Part shown: positions 10,401-18,242 of the stretch, piece after piece
Layout: every line of letters starts with the position of its first letter
Position numbering within the stretch: the first letter of the stretch is position 1
NCBI GenBank assembly: GCA_963730185.1
Contig: CAVSQW010000005.1
Span: forward strand, 32,001-96,000
Length of the DNA stretch: 64,000 nucleotides
Reading direction: 5' to 3'
Origin: an uncultured Gemmatimonadales bacterium
Lineage (GTDB): Bacteria; Gemmatimonadota; Gemmatimonadetes; Gemmatimonadales; GWC2-71-9
The notes under the pieces: model-generated
Seen by the model: only the letters and a program-made list of their open reading frames with translations
The model's database searches: none
Told to the model about the DNA's origin: nothing
Position numbers and translations under genes: made by a program

Positions 10401-10536
10401 CCTGGCCACCTGGACCAAATACACCGGCATCGACCCCGAGGTGAACGGCCAAGGTGAGAACAATTTTGCCCAGCGCGACTTCCTGAGCCTTCCGTCGCTC
10501 CGGTCGTTCAACGTGCGACTCAACCTCGGCTTCTGA
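7495..10536 (+). CDS. susC: SusC/RagA family TonB-linked outer membrane transporter (copy 1)
   Basis: AAGGAG RBS, signal peptide, CarboxypepD_reg-like N-domain, plug motifs IRIRGSNS, EPLYIVDGV and LKGPSAAAIYGTQGSNGVILITTKRG, C-terminal Phe. Confidence 0.93.
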   Translation: MRGNGRRVLGLLGGLLLGTGGQVALAQTGAVTGKITAANSPNPIEAARVQIVGTPLLVLSNRDGVYTLRGVTPGQVSVRVTALGFASVSKRVTVTAGGSVTADFELSQAPYTLDEITTTATGDTRKAELGNSVNTIQVTQLAEEGPVRTLADVLKARAPGVQVFSSTGTIGGGQRIRIRGSNSVSLSNEPLYIVDGVRIESSTGSNSFGIGGQNPSRINDLNPDEIADIQILKGPSAAAIYGTQGSNGVILITTKRGVAGRARWSVWTEQGLSKDKNPYPDNYYGETSTGARCILEDVSAGKCTIADVLSFNPMRDPVESPLSNGRRQQYGASVSGGSDQVQYFISGEREDERGVFFMPQAEQTRILQESGRSSLRQDELNPNNIDKVNLRSNLTAVLSPKANLQINLGYVTSSLRLPQNDNNVLGIHSSGLNGDGRGGQNSDLAWGFFRPGETFQFLTKQTVQRFTTGATANYSPINWLTSRAVVGLDLTSRIDQQLNRFDEGPDFSTYRLGTAGEGRRTIAVYTVDANATASFNLMSNLTSKTTAGVNYQQYNFRGTTATGDQLPPGAVTVTAGAIKDALETNTLNKTAGGFVQQTFGLADRLFVTGAVRVDRNSATGALAKTIVYPKASVSYLISESPFFPKSNFLNSLRFRFSYGHAGQQPSGTQALESYSATAASIDGTVVPAAIINNLGDATLKPERSVEYEGGFDANFFNSRIALELTAFHKDTRDALIFVPTPLSAGQPTGQFRNLGKVSNAGIEYLINAQILTRQNLTWDLTLSGSFLRNKLLDLGGQPPINANGTTQQHREGYPLGGYWGRNYTYNDANGDGIITAGEVTPADTLTYIGPSQPTREAAISSQVGLFKGRILISTQLDYRAGAYLYNLTEDFRCRSRRNCEDLYFTSVGMDRLARVVALRSLGSLNTNSGYIEPQDYLKWRELSVTFNAPKRWAQAFGGDRLSVSLSGRNLATWTKYTGIDPEVNGQGENNFAQRDFLSLPSLRSFNVRLNLGF

Positions 10537-10558
10537 GCCGATCCGCCATCGAGGAGTA

Positions 10559-11941
10559 ATGACCGATATGATCGATCGACACTTCCTGCGTCGAGGGACG
10601 GGAGTTGCCCGTCTGGTGGGCACCGGCCTGGTGCTCATGCTGGGCACCGGCTGCCTCGACCAGCTCACCCAGGCGACCCAGCGGGACGAGATCCCGCCCG
10701 ACGCGCTGACCACCGCGGCCGGCGCCGCGGCACTCTACGCCGGCGCCATCCAGAGCTTCGGCTACGCCATCGACGGCAACTCCGGCGGCACCGAGGGCCA
10801 GACCCTCGTGTCGGGGATGATGGCCGACGAGTGGTTCCACTCCGGCACCTTCACCACCCGCCAGGACTACGACCAGCGGGCCACCTCGCTCGACAATGGC
10901 ACCCTGGCCGGCGTCTTCCGGAACCTCCAGGACGCCCGGCTCTCCGCCAAGCGAGCCATCACCGCCGTCGAAGGCACCTCCGCGAACGCGGCCGGCGACG
11001 AGCGGATCGGCGCCCTCCAGAATCGGATCGGCGCGGTCTACCTGATCGCGGCGCAGAACTACTGCAACGGGGTCCCGTTCAGCGAGGTCGTGGACGGCCA
11101 GGTCGAGTACGGTCAGCCGCTCACCACGGCCGACATGCTCACCGAAGCGATCTCCTGGTTCGACCAGGCGCTCGCCGGACCGGCCGGCGCCGGCAGCGTC
11201 AACCACAACACGGCCCGGCTCCTCAAGGCCCGGGCCCTGACGCTCGAAGGACGCTCGCAGCTGAGCGCCGCCGCCGGGGTGGCGGCCTCGGTCCCGACCG
11301 ACTTCGCGGCCGTGAGCGAGCACTCGTTGGCCAACAGCACCAACGAGAACGGCGTCTACGTGTTCAACCACTTGAGCCAGCGCTGGTCGATGGCGCATCA
11401 CGACGGCGGCAATGGCCTCCCCTTCCGGGGTGCCGGTGACGGGACCGACCCCGCCCAGGCCGATCCGCGGCTCCTGTGGAAGCGGGACGGCATCGGCTTC
11501 GACAACGAGTCCCCGCAGTACGACTGGCTCGGCTCGGGTGACCGGGACGCATCCCAGCCGTTCGCCAAGGGACAGGAAGCCCGGCTGATCGAGGCCGAAG
11601 CCGCGCTCGAAGCCGGCGACGCCCCCGGCTTCATGACCAAACTCAACGACCTTCGGGCCACCGTCAGCGGACTCGCTCCCCTCACGGACCCCGGAACCAC
11701 CGCGGGCCGCGAGGACCTGTTGTTCAGCGAGCGAGCCTTCTGGCTCTTCGGGACCGGCACCCGGCTTTCGGACCTCCGTCGCGAGGTTCGTCAGTACGGG
11801 CGGAACGCCGAGTCGATCTTCCCGACCGGGCCGTACTTCCGCCCCGGCTCGGGTGACTACGGCAACGACGTCAACATCCCGGTGCCCAACAGCGAGGATC
11901 AGAACCCCAACTTCACGGCCTGCATCGATCGCAACGCCTGA
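10559..11941 (+). CDS. susD: SusD/RagB family lipoprotein (copy 1)
   Basis: Lipobox LGTGC, LLKARAL, EARLIEAEA and ERAFWLF...RLSDLRR motifs; directly follows susC. Confidence 0.88.
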   Translation: MTDMIDRHFLRRGTGVARLVGTGLVLMLGTGCLDQLTQATQRDEIPPDALTTAAGAAALYAGAIQSFGYAIDGNSGGTEGQTLVSGMMADEWFHSGTFTTRQDYDQRATSLDNGTLAGVFRNLQDARLSAKRAITAVEGTSANAAGDERIGALQNRIGAVYLIAAQNYCNGVPFSEVVDGQVEYGQPLTTADMLTEAISWFDQALAGPAGAGSVNHNTARLLKARALTLEGRSQLSAAAGVAASVPTDFAAVSEHSLANSTNENGVYVFNHLSQRWSMAHHDGGNGLPFRGAGDGTDPAQADPRLLWKRDGIGFDNESPQYDWLGSGDRDASQPFAKGQEARLIEAEAALEAGDAPGFMTKLNDLRATVSGLAPLTDPGTTAGREDLLFSERAFWLFGTGTRLSDLRREVRQYGRNAESIFPTGPYFRPGSGDYGNDVNIPVPNSEDQNPNFTACIDRNA

Positions 11942-11967
11942 GGCAGGTGGTTCGGAATTCGACCCCG

Positions 11968-11993
11968 AAGCGGGAGGCGAGAGCCTCCCGCTT
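11968..11993 (+). terminator. GNRA-loop hairpin, likely terminator
   Basis: AAGCGGGAGGC-GAGA-GCCTCCCGCTT followed by TCGGCTTT. Confidence 0.7.
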
Positions 11994-12201
11994 TCGGCTT
12001 TCACCCCACCTGGTTCTCACCACCCAGGCGGCCCCCGATCCGGGGCGTGCCCGTCCAATCGAGCGCGGATGAACCGGCCGTGAGTGGCCGTTCACGCGGA
12101 CCCGGTCTGCTTTCACGAACCCGCCGGCCGTCCGGGTTAGCCAGTTTCCCGGGACCGGACAGACCAGTCGACCCGGCGGGTCGACCTGCCGAGGCGGTTT
12201 C

Positions 12202-12316
12202 GCGTCCCTTCGACACGATCGTGTCGGATCGACTCTCAGCGGAAATGCCGTAGAACTACGGAAGCATAGCCTCCCCCAACGACTTGCGCGCTCGGTCGGC
12301 CCGGCACGGAACCTGA
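12202..12316 (+). promoter_or_regulatory. Putative sigma54 promoter 2: tandem palindromic UAS, IHF-like site and -24/-12 element
   Basis: GCGTC-N5-GACAC-N4-GTGTC-N5-GACTC (12202-12235), CAACGACTTG (12277-12286), CGGCACGGAACCTGA (12302-12316). Confidence 0.65.
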
Positions 12317-12499
12317 GCAGGCCGGGTTCGCACGGCGTGACGTCTCACTCGCGAGGAGTCGTCCCGTCGGCGGCCGTCGAGACGTTGGTGAATTTCGTTA
12401 ACGGACCACCACGAAAAAGCCTGGTGTCCCGGAGATCGGAGTCCGCCGCGTCGTCGACCGGCCGAATCAAGGAACATCCACACCGAGGGACGTGAGATA

Positions 12500-15400
12500 A
12501 TGCGACGAACTGGAGGAATCCTCTTCGGTCTGCTCGGGGCTCTGCTGATCGGCGCGACGAGCCAACCGGCTCAAGCCCAGACCGGCACGATCACCGGGAA
12601 GATCACGGCGGCGGACTCACCGACCCCGCTCGAGGCAGCGCGGGTCCAGGTGGTCGGCACCCCGCTGATGGTGCTGTCGAATCGCGACGGCGTCTACAAC
12701 CTTCGCGGGGTCACGCCGGGGCAGGTGAGCGTCCGGGTCACCGCGTTAGGCTACGCCTCGGTCACCAAGCAGGTCACGGTGACGGCGGAGGCATCGGTCA
12801 CGGCGGACTTCACCCTGACCCAGGCGCCGTACACCCTGGACGAGATTACCACGACGGCCACCGGCGATACCCGGAAGGCGGAGCTGGGCAACTCGATCAA
12901 CACCATCCAGGTCACCCAGCTGGCCGAGCAGGCCCCGGTCAAGGACCTGGCCGACGTGCTGAAGGCCCGGGCCCCTGGGGTGCAGGTCTTCTCCTCGACC
13001 GGGACGATCGGCGGGGGGCAGCGGATCCGGATTCGCGGGTCCAACTCGGTGTCGCTCTCCAACGAGCCCCTCTACATCGTGGACGGCGTCCGGATCGACA
13101 ACCGGCAAGGCGCCGGCATTCAGGGCTCGCTCGCCTTCGGCGTGGGCGGCCAGGCACCGTCGCCGATCAACGACATCAACCCCGACGAGATCGCCGATAT
13201 CCAGATTCTCAAGGGACCGTCGGCCTCGGCCATTTACGGAACCCAGGGCGCCAACGGCGTGATCCTGATCACCACCAGGCGCGGCGTCGCCGGCCGGGCG
13301 CGGTGGAGCCTCTGGTCGGAACAGGGCATGAGCCAGGACAAGAACCCGTATCCGGACAACTACTACGCCGCCGACGCCGCGGGCGACCAGTGCACCTTGG
13401 TCGACGTCGCCGCGGGCTCCTGCACCCAGGCGGTGTTGGATCGGTTCAATCCACTCCGGAACCCGGTCACTTCGCCCATCGACAACGGGCGGCGGCAGCA
13501 GTACGGCGCCAGCGTCTCGGGCGGCAGCGACCTGGTGCAGTACTTCTTCTCGGGCGAGCGGGAGGACGAGCGGGGCGTCTACGTCATGCCCGATTCGGAG
13601 CAGACCCGCATCCTGGCCGAGAGCGGCCGAACGTCGTTGCGGCAGGACGAGCTCAATCCGAACAACATCGACAAGGTGAACCTGCGATCCAACGTCTCGG
13701 CGGTGCTCTCGCCCAAGGCGAACGTGCAGGTGAACCTCGGCTACGTGACCTCGAGCCTTCGGCTCCCACAGAACGACAACAACGTGCTGGGCAACGCCTC
13801 GAGCGCGCTCAACGGCGACGGCCGAGGTCTCTCGGCGCCGGGCGGCCCGTGGGGCTTCTTCACGCCGGGTGACAACTTCCAGCTGCTGACCAAGCAGACG
13901 GTGCAGCGGTTCACGACCGGCGCCACCGCCAACTACAGCCCGCTCAACTGGCTGACGTCGCGGGCCGTGGTCGGGATGGACCTGACCAACCGGGTCGACC
14001 AGGCGTTCAACTTCTTCGGCGAAGGCCCCAACTTCGGCAACACCCGGCTGGGTGCCGCCGCCGAAGCGCGGCGGACGATCGCGGTCTACACGATCGACGC
14101 CAACGCGACGGCCAACTTCAACCTGCGGTCGGACCTGACCTCCAAGACGACCGCCGGCATCAACTACGTTCAGAACAACTTCCGGGGCACCAACGCGACC
14201 GGCAGCCAGCTGCCGCCGGGTGCTCAGACGGTTACCGCCGGCGCGATCCAGACCGCCGCGGAGACCAACCAGCTGATCAAAACGGCCGGCGGGTTCGTGC
14301 AGCAGACCTTCGGCTTCAACGATCGGTTGTTCCTCACCGGGGCGGTCCGGGTGGACCGGAACAGCGCCACCGGTACCCTGGCCCAGACGATCGCCTACCC
14401 GAAGGCCTCGCTCTCGTACCTGATCAGCGAGGAGCCCTTCTTCCCCAAGGGGAGCTTCCTCAACTCGCTTCGGATCCGGGCCTCGTACGGCCACGCCGGC
14501 GAGCAGCCGGCCGGCTCCCAGGCGCTGGAGTCCTACGCCGCGACGGCGGGTGCCCTGGCCGGATCGGTCCAGCCGGCGGTGGTGATCAACAACCTCGGCG
14601 ACCCGAACCTGAAGCCGGAGCGGAGCGTCGAGTACGAAGGCGGGTTCGACGCCAACTTCGCCAACAGCCGGGTGGCGCTCGAGCTGACCTACTACCACAA
14701 GCAGACCCGCGACGCCCTCATCTTCGTTCCGACCCCGCCGTCGGCGGGCCTGCCGACCGGTCAGTTCCGGAACCTCGGCAAGGTGCAGAACGAGGGCATC
14801 GAGTACCTCATCAACGGCCAGGTCCTCACCGGTCGCGACCTGACCTGGGACCTGACCCTGAGCGGCTCGTTCACCCGTAACCGGCTCCTCGACCTCGGCG
14901 GCCAGCCGCCGATCAACGCCAACGGCACCGACCAGCAGCACCGCGAGGGCTATCCCCTCGGCGGCTACTGGGGCCGGACCTACACCTACAGCGACGCCAA
15001 CGGCGACGGCCTCATCTCGCCCAGCGAGATCACGCCCGGCGATTCGCTGTCCTACATCGGACCCTCGCAGCCGACCCGAGAGCTGGCGATCAGCTCGCAG
15101 ATCGGGCTCTTCAAGGGGAAAGTCCAGATCGCGACCCAGTTCGACTACCGGGGCGGCGCGTATCTGTACAACCTGACCGAGGCGTTCCGCTGCCAGGCCA
15201 TTGCCAACTGCGCCGGCATCAACGATCCGTCCTCGTCGCTTCAGGACCAGGCGGCGGCCGTGGCCTTCTCCCAGCTGGGCTCCCTGAACACCAACTACGG
15301 CTTCAAGGAGCACTCCGATTACATGAAGTGGCGTGAGCTGTCGGTGACCTACAACGCCCCGAAGAGCTGGGCCAACGCCTTCCGGGCCGACCGGGTCAGC

Positions 15401-15556
15401 CTCACGCTGAGCGGCCGGAACCTGGCGACGTGGACCAAGTACCGCGGGATCGACCCGGAAGTGAACGGGCAGGGCGAGAACAACTTCGCCCAGCGCGACT
15501 TCCTGAGCATCCCGTCGCTCCGGTCGTTCAACGTCCGGCTCAACATCGGCTTCTAG
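12500..15556 (+). CDS. susC: SusC/RagA family TonB-linked outer membrane transporter (copy 2)
   Basis: Same motifs as copy 1, with long identical peptide stretches. Confidence 0.93.
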   Translation: MRRTGGILFGLLGALLIGATSQPAQAQTGTITGKITAADSPTPLEAARVQVVGTPLMVLSNRDGVYNLRGVTPGQVSVRVTALGYASVTKQVTVTAEASVTADFTLTQAPYTLDEITTTATGDTRKAELGNSINTIQVTQLAEQAPVKDLADVLKARAPGVQVFSSTGTIGGGQRIRIRGSNSVSLSNEPLYIVDGVRIDNRQGAGIQGSLAFGVGGQAPSPINDINPDEIADIQILKGPSASAIYGTQGANGVILITTRRGVAGRARWSLWSEQGMSQDKNPYPDNYYAADAAGDQCTLVDVAAGSCTQAVLDRFNPLRNPVTSPIDNGRRQQYGASVSGGSDLVQYFFSGEREDERGVYVMPDSEQTRILAESGRTSLRQDELNPNNIDKVNLRSNVSAVLSPKANVQVNLGYVTSSLRLPQNDNNVLGNASSALNGDGRGLSAPGGPWGFFTPGDNFQLLTKQTVQRFTTGATANYSPLNWLTSRAVVGMDLTNRVDQAFNFFGEGPNFGNTRLGAAAEARRTIAVYTIDANATANFNLRSDLTSKTTAGINYVQNNFRGTNATGSQLPPGAQTVTAGAIQTAAETNQLIKTAGGFVQQTFGFNDRLFLTGAVRVDRNSATGTLAQTIAYPKASLSYLISEEPFFPKGSFLNSLRIRASYGHAGEQPAGSQALESYAATAGALAGSVQPAVVINNLGDPNLKPERSVEYEGGFDANFANSRVALELTYYHKQTRDALIFVPTPPSAGLPTGQFRNLGKVQNEGIEYLINGQVLTGRDLTWDLTLSGSFTRNRLLDLGGQPPINANGTDQQHREGYPLGGYWGRTYTYSDANGDGLISPSEITPGDSLSYIGPSQPTRELAISSQIGLFKGKVQIATQFDYRGGAYLYNLTEAFRCQAIANCAGINDPSSSLQDQAAAVAFSQLGSLNTNYGFKEHSDYMKWRELSVTYNAPKSWANAFRADRVSLTLSGRNLATWTKYRGIDPEVNGQGENNFAQRDFLSIPSLRSFNVRLNIGF

Positions 15557-15566
15557 GGCATCGACC

Positions 15567-16955
15567 ATGATTGGAGTCAGCACAATGACTGAACGACACG
15601 TTCGGCACGCGGTCGCCGGCGCGAGGCTCGCCAGCATGAGCCTGATGGCGATGCTCGCCACCGGCTGCCTGTCCGACATCACCAAGGTGAACGAGCGGGA
15701 CGTGATCCCGCCCGATCAGCTCACCACCTCAGCCGGCGCCCAGGCGCTCTACGTCGGCGCGCTCCGGTCCTTCGGGATCGCGTTCGACGGCAACAACGGC
15801 GGCGCCGAAGGACAGATCCTCATCTCCGGACTGATGTCCGATGAATGGAGTCACTCCGGAACCTTCAACACCCGCCGCGACTACGACCAGCGGGCCACCG
15901 ACCTCAACAACGGGACCCTCTCGGTCTCGTTCCGCAACCTCCAGGACGCTCGGACTTCGGCCGAGCGGGCCATTACCGCGGTCGAGAACACGTCCGACAA
16001 CCCGGCCGCGGACGCCCGTATCGGGGCGCTCCAGAACCGGATCGGGGCGGTCTACCTCGCGGGCGCTCAGAACTACTGCAACGGAGTGCCCTACACCGAG
16101 GTGGTCGGCGGCGATCTCCAGTACGGCGACCCGCTCACGGGCGACCAGGAGATCACCACCGCGATCAGCTGGTTCGACAAGGCCATCGCCGGCCCCGCCG
16201 GCACGGGCAGCGTCAACCTCTATACCGCGCAGCTGCTCAAGGCCCGGGCGCTCATGCTCCAAGGCTCGGCCCAGTACGGCGCCGCCGCCGCTCTCGTGGC
16301 GGGCGTGCCCACCAGCTTCCGGGCCGTAAGTGACCACTCGATCGCCAACGGTGGCAACGAGAACGGGATCTACGTGTTCAACTGGTTGAGCGAACGGTGG
16401 ACCATGTCGCAGAACGAAGGCGGCAACGGCCTGCCGTTCCGCGGGGCCGGCGACGGGACCGATCCGGCGCAGGCCGATCCCCGCTTGCCCTGGCAGTACG
16501 CCTCGGATAGCCTCGGGTTCGACAAGACCACCCCCCAGTTCAACTGGCTGGGCTCGGTCGGCCGCGATCACGCGATGCCGTTCGCCAAGGGTGAGGAGGC
16601 CCGCCTGATCGAGGCCGAAGCCGCCCTGGCCAACAACGACATCACCACCTTCATGAACAAGCTCAACGACCTCCGGACCACCGTCGCGGGCCTGGCGCCG
16701 CTCACCGATCCGGGCACCACTGCCGGACGGGTCGACATGCTCTTCTCCGAGCGCGGCTTCTGGCTCTACTCGACCGGCGTCCGACTGTCCGACATGCGGC
16801 GCTTGATCCGACAGTACGGACGGGGCGCCGAGACCGTGTTCCCCACCGGCGCGTACCACAAGCCCGGGAACTACGGCACCGACGTCAACATCCCGGTGAT
16901 CCTGGACGAGACGCAAAACCCCAACTTCACGGCTTGCCTGGACCGGAATCCCTGA
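15567..16955 (+). CDS. susD: SusD/RagB family lipoprotein (copy 2); start may be the ATG at 15585
   Basis: Lipobox LATGC; clear paralog of 10559..11941. Confidence 0.88.
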   Translation: MIGVSTMTERHVRHAVAGARLASMSLMAMLATGCLSDITKVNERDVIPPDQLTTSAGAQALYVGALRSFGIAFDGNNGGAEGQILISGLMSDEWSHSGTFNTRRDYDQRATDLNNGTLSVSFRNLQDARTSAERAITAVENTSDNPAADARIGALQNRIGAVYLAGAQNYCNGVPYTEVVGGDLQYGDPLTGDQEITTAISWFDKAIAGPAGTGSVNLYTAQLLKARALMLQGSAQYGAAAALVAGVPTSFRAVSDHSIANGGNENGIYVFNWLSERWTMSQNEGGNGLPFRGAGDGTDPAQADPRLPWQYASDSLGFDKTTPQFNWLGSVGRDHAMPFAKGEEARLIEAEAALANNDITTFMNKLNDLRTTVAGLAPLTDPGTTAGRVDMLFSERGFWLYSTGVRLSDMRRLIRQYGRGAETVFPTGAYHKPGNYGTDVNIPVILDETQNPNFTACLDRNP

Positions 16956-16978
16956 ACCAGTCGCAGGACCGGCACGCG

Positions 16979-17006
16979 AACGGGGAGCCCGAAAGGGCTC
17001 CCCGTT
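16979..17006 (+). terminator. GAAA-tetraloop hairpin terminator
   Basis: AACGGGGAGCCC-GAAA-GGGCTCCCCGTT, a perfect 12-bp stem. Confidence 0.75.
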
Positions 17007-17022
17007 TCGCTTGGCCTCCGGC

Positions 17023-17068
17023 TTGACTTTGCCTCGCGCCCGGTCATGATCCATCCGGATCGACGAAT
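17023..17068 (+). promoter_or_regulatory. sigma70-type promoter plus putative SahR operator upstream of sahR
   Basis: TTGACT-N16-CATGAT, then ATCCGGATCGACGAAT (17053-17068). Confidence 0.6.
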
Positions 17069-17072
17069 ACTC

Positions 17073-18011
17073 ATGCCCCCTCCCGCACTCTTCGGCCGCC
17101 TCGCGGCCCTGGCCGACCCCACCCGGGCCCGGCTCCTCCTGGCCGTAGAGCGTCAGGAGTTGGCCGTGAACGAGCTTCGGTCGGCCCTCCAGCTCCCCCA
17201 ATCCACCGTGAGCCGTCACCTCAAGCTCCTGGCCGACGAGGGCTGGGTGACCAGCCGAGCCGACGGCACCACCAAGTGGTACCGGATGACCGGGACCCGA
17301 CTCGACGAACAGGCCCGCCAGCTCTGGCGGGTGGTCCGCGACCAGCTGGCCGAGACCCCGGCCGCGCGACGTGATGCGGAGCGGATTCGGTCGATCGTGG
17401 CCGAACGGGTGAGCCGGAGCCGGGAGTTCTTCGCCACCAGCGCCGGCCAGTGGGATCTCGTGCGGACCGATTTGTTCGGAAGCGGCGTCGACAGCCTGGC
17501 CCTGAGCTGTCTGCTCGAGCCGGAGTGGACCGTCGGAGACCTGGGGACCGGCACCGGCCATTTCGCGGCCGCGATCGCCCCGCTGGTCCAACGGGTCATC
17601 GCCGTCGACGAATCCAAAGCCATGCTCGCCGCAGCTCGGGCCCGGCTCGGCAGCCAGCCCAACGTCGAGCTCCGGCAGGGTGCCATCGAATCCCTGCCCA
17701 TCGACGACGGCTCACTCGACCTGGCAACCATCGTCCTGGTACTTCATCACCTCAACGCGCCCGAACGCGCCGTCGAGGAGGCGGCCCGGGTTCTCCGTCC
17801 GGGAGGGCGCCTGGTGGTGGTAGACATGCTGCCCCACGAACGGGCCGAATACCGCGAGCTGATGGGCCATCAGTGGCTCGGATTCCCGCCCGATGCCGTT
17901 CTCGGCTGGGGGGCCGGCGCCGGCCTGACTGGTGGAAGCGTCCGCCAGCTCCCGCCCGACCCGGCGGCCCGGGGCCCCCTGCTGTTTGGAGCCACGTTCC
18001 GGAAGGGATGA
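17073..18011 (+). CDS. sahR: ArsR-HTH plus SAM-binding methyltransferase-domain regulator (SahR-like)
   Basis: ALADPTRARLL...QSTVSRHLKLL (ArsR) fused to VGDLGTGTG methyltransferase motif I; immediately upstream of ahcY. Confidence 0.8.
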   Translation: MPPPALFGRLAALADPTRARLLLAVERQELAVNELRSALQLPQSTVSRHLKLLADEGWVTSRADGTTKWYRMTGTRLDEQARQLWRVVRDQLAETPAARRDAERIRSIVAERVSRSREFFATSAGQWDLVRTDLFGSGVDSLALSCLLEPEWTVGDLGTGTGHFAAAIAPLVQRVIAVDESKAMLAAARARLGSQPNVELRQGAIESLPIDDGSLDLATIVLVLHHLNAPERAVEEAARVLRPGGRLVVVDMLPHERAEYRELMGHQWLGFPPDAVLGWGAGAGLTGGSVRQLPPDPAARGPLLFGATFRKG

Positions 18012-18091
18012 AATCCAGGTAAGATACTGTCACTCAATGAGTTGACGTGATGGCAACGGAAGCGATCGCCACCCTGGGCCTGATCCGGCTG

Positions 18092-18138
18092 TTGACAGAA
18101 CGACAGCGATCTACAACTATTGATCCGGATTGACGGAT
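18092..18138 (+). promoter_or_regulatory. sigma70-type promoter plus putative SahR operator upstream of ahcY
   Basis: Perfect TTGACA-N17-AACTAT, then palindrome ATCCG-GATTGA-CGGAT (18123-18138). Confidence 0.65.
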
Positions 18139-18242
18139 GTTGATGAGGGCGCCTTCGACCCCGGCGAGCCTGCAGTTCCCAGGCGCCGGACCCTTCGCGC
18201 CGTAACTCCAATGCGGAAACCCAAGCTCGAGGAGAGGTGATC

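Noticed and set aside
7612..15685. Very long antisense ORFs (7612..10713, 12746..15685; likewise 347..2362, 22385..24550, 28883..31495, 39826..42255)
   Set aside because: Shadow ORFs opposite well-supported genes, expected from GC3 bias; no recognisable motifs.
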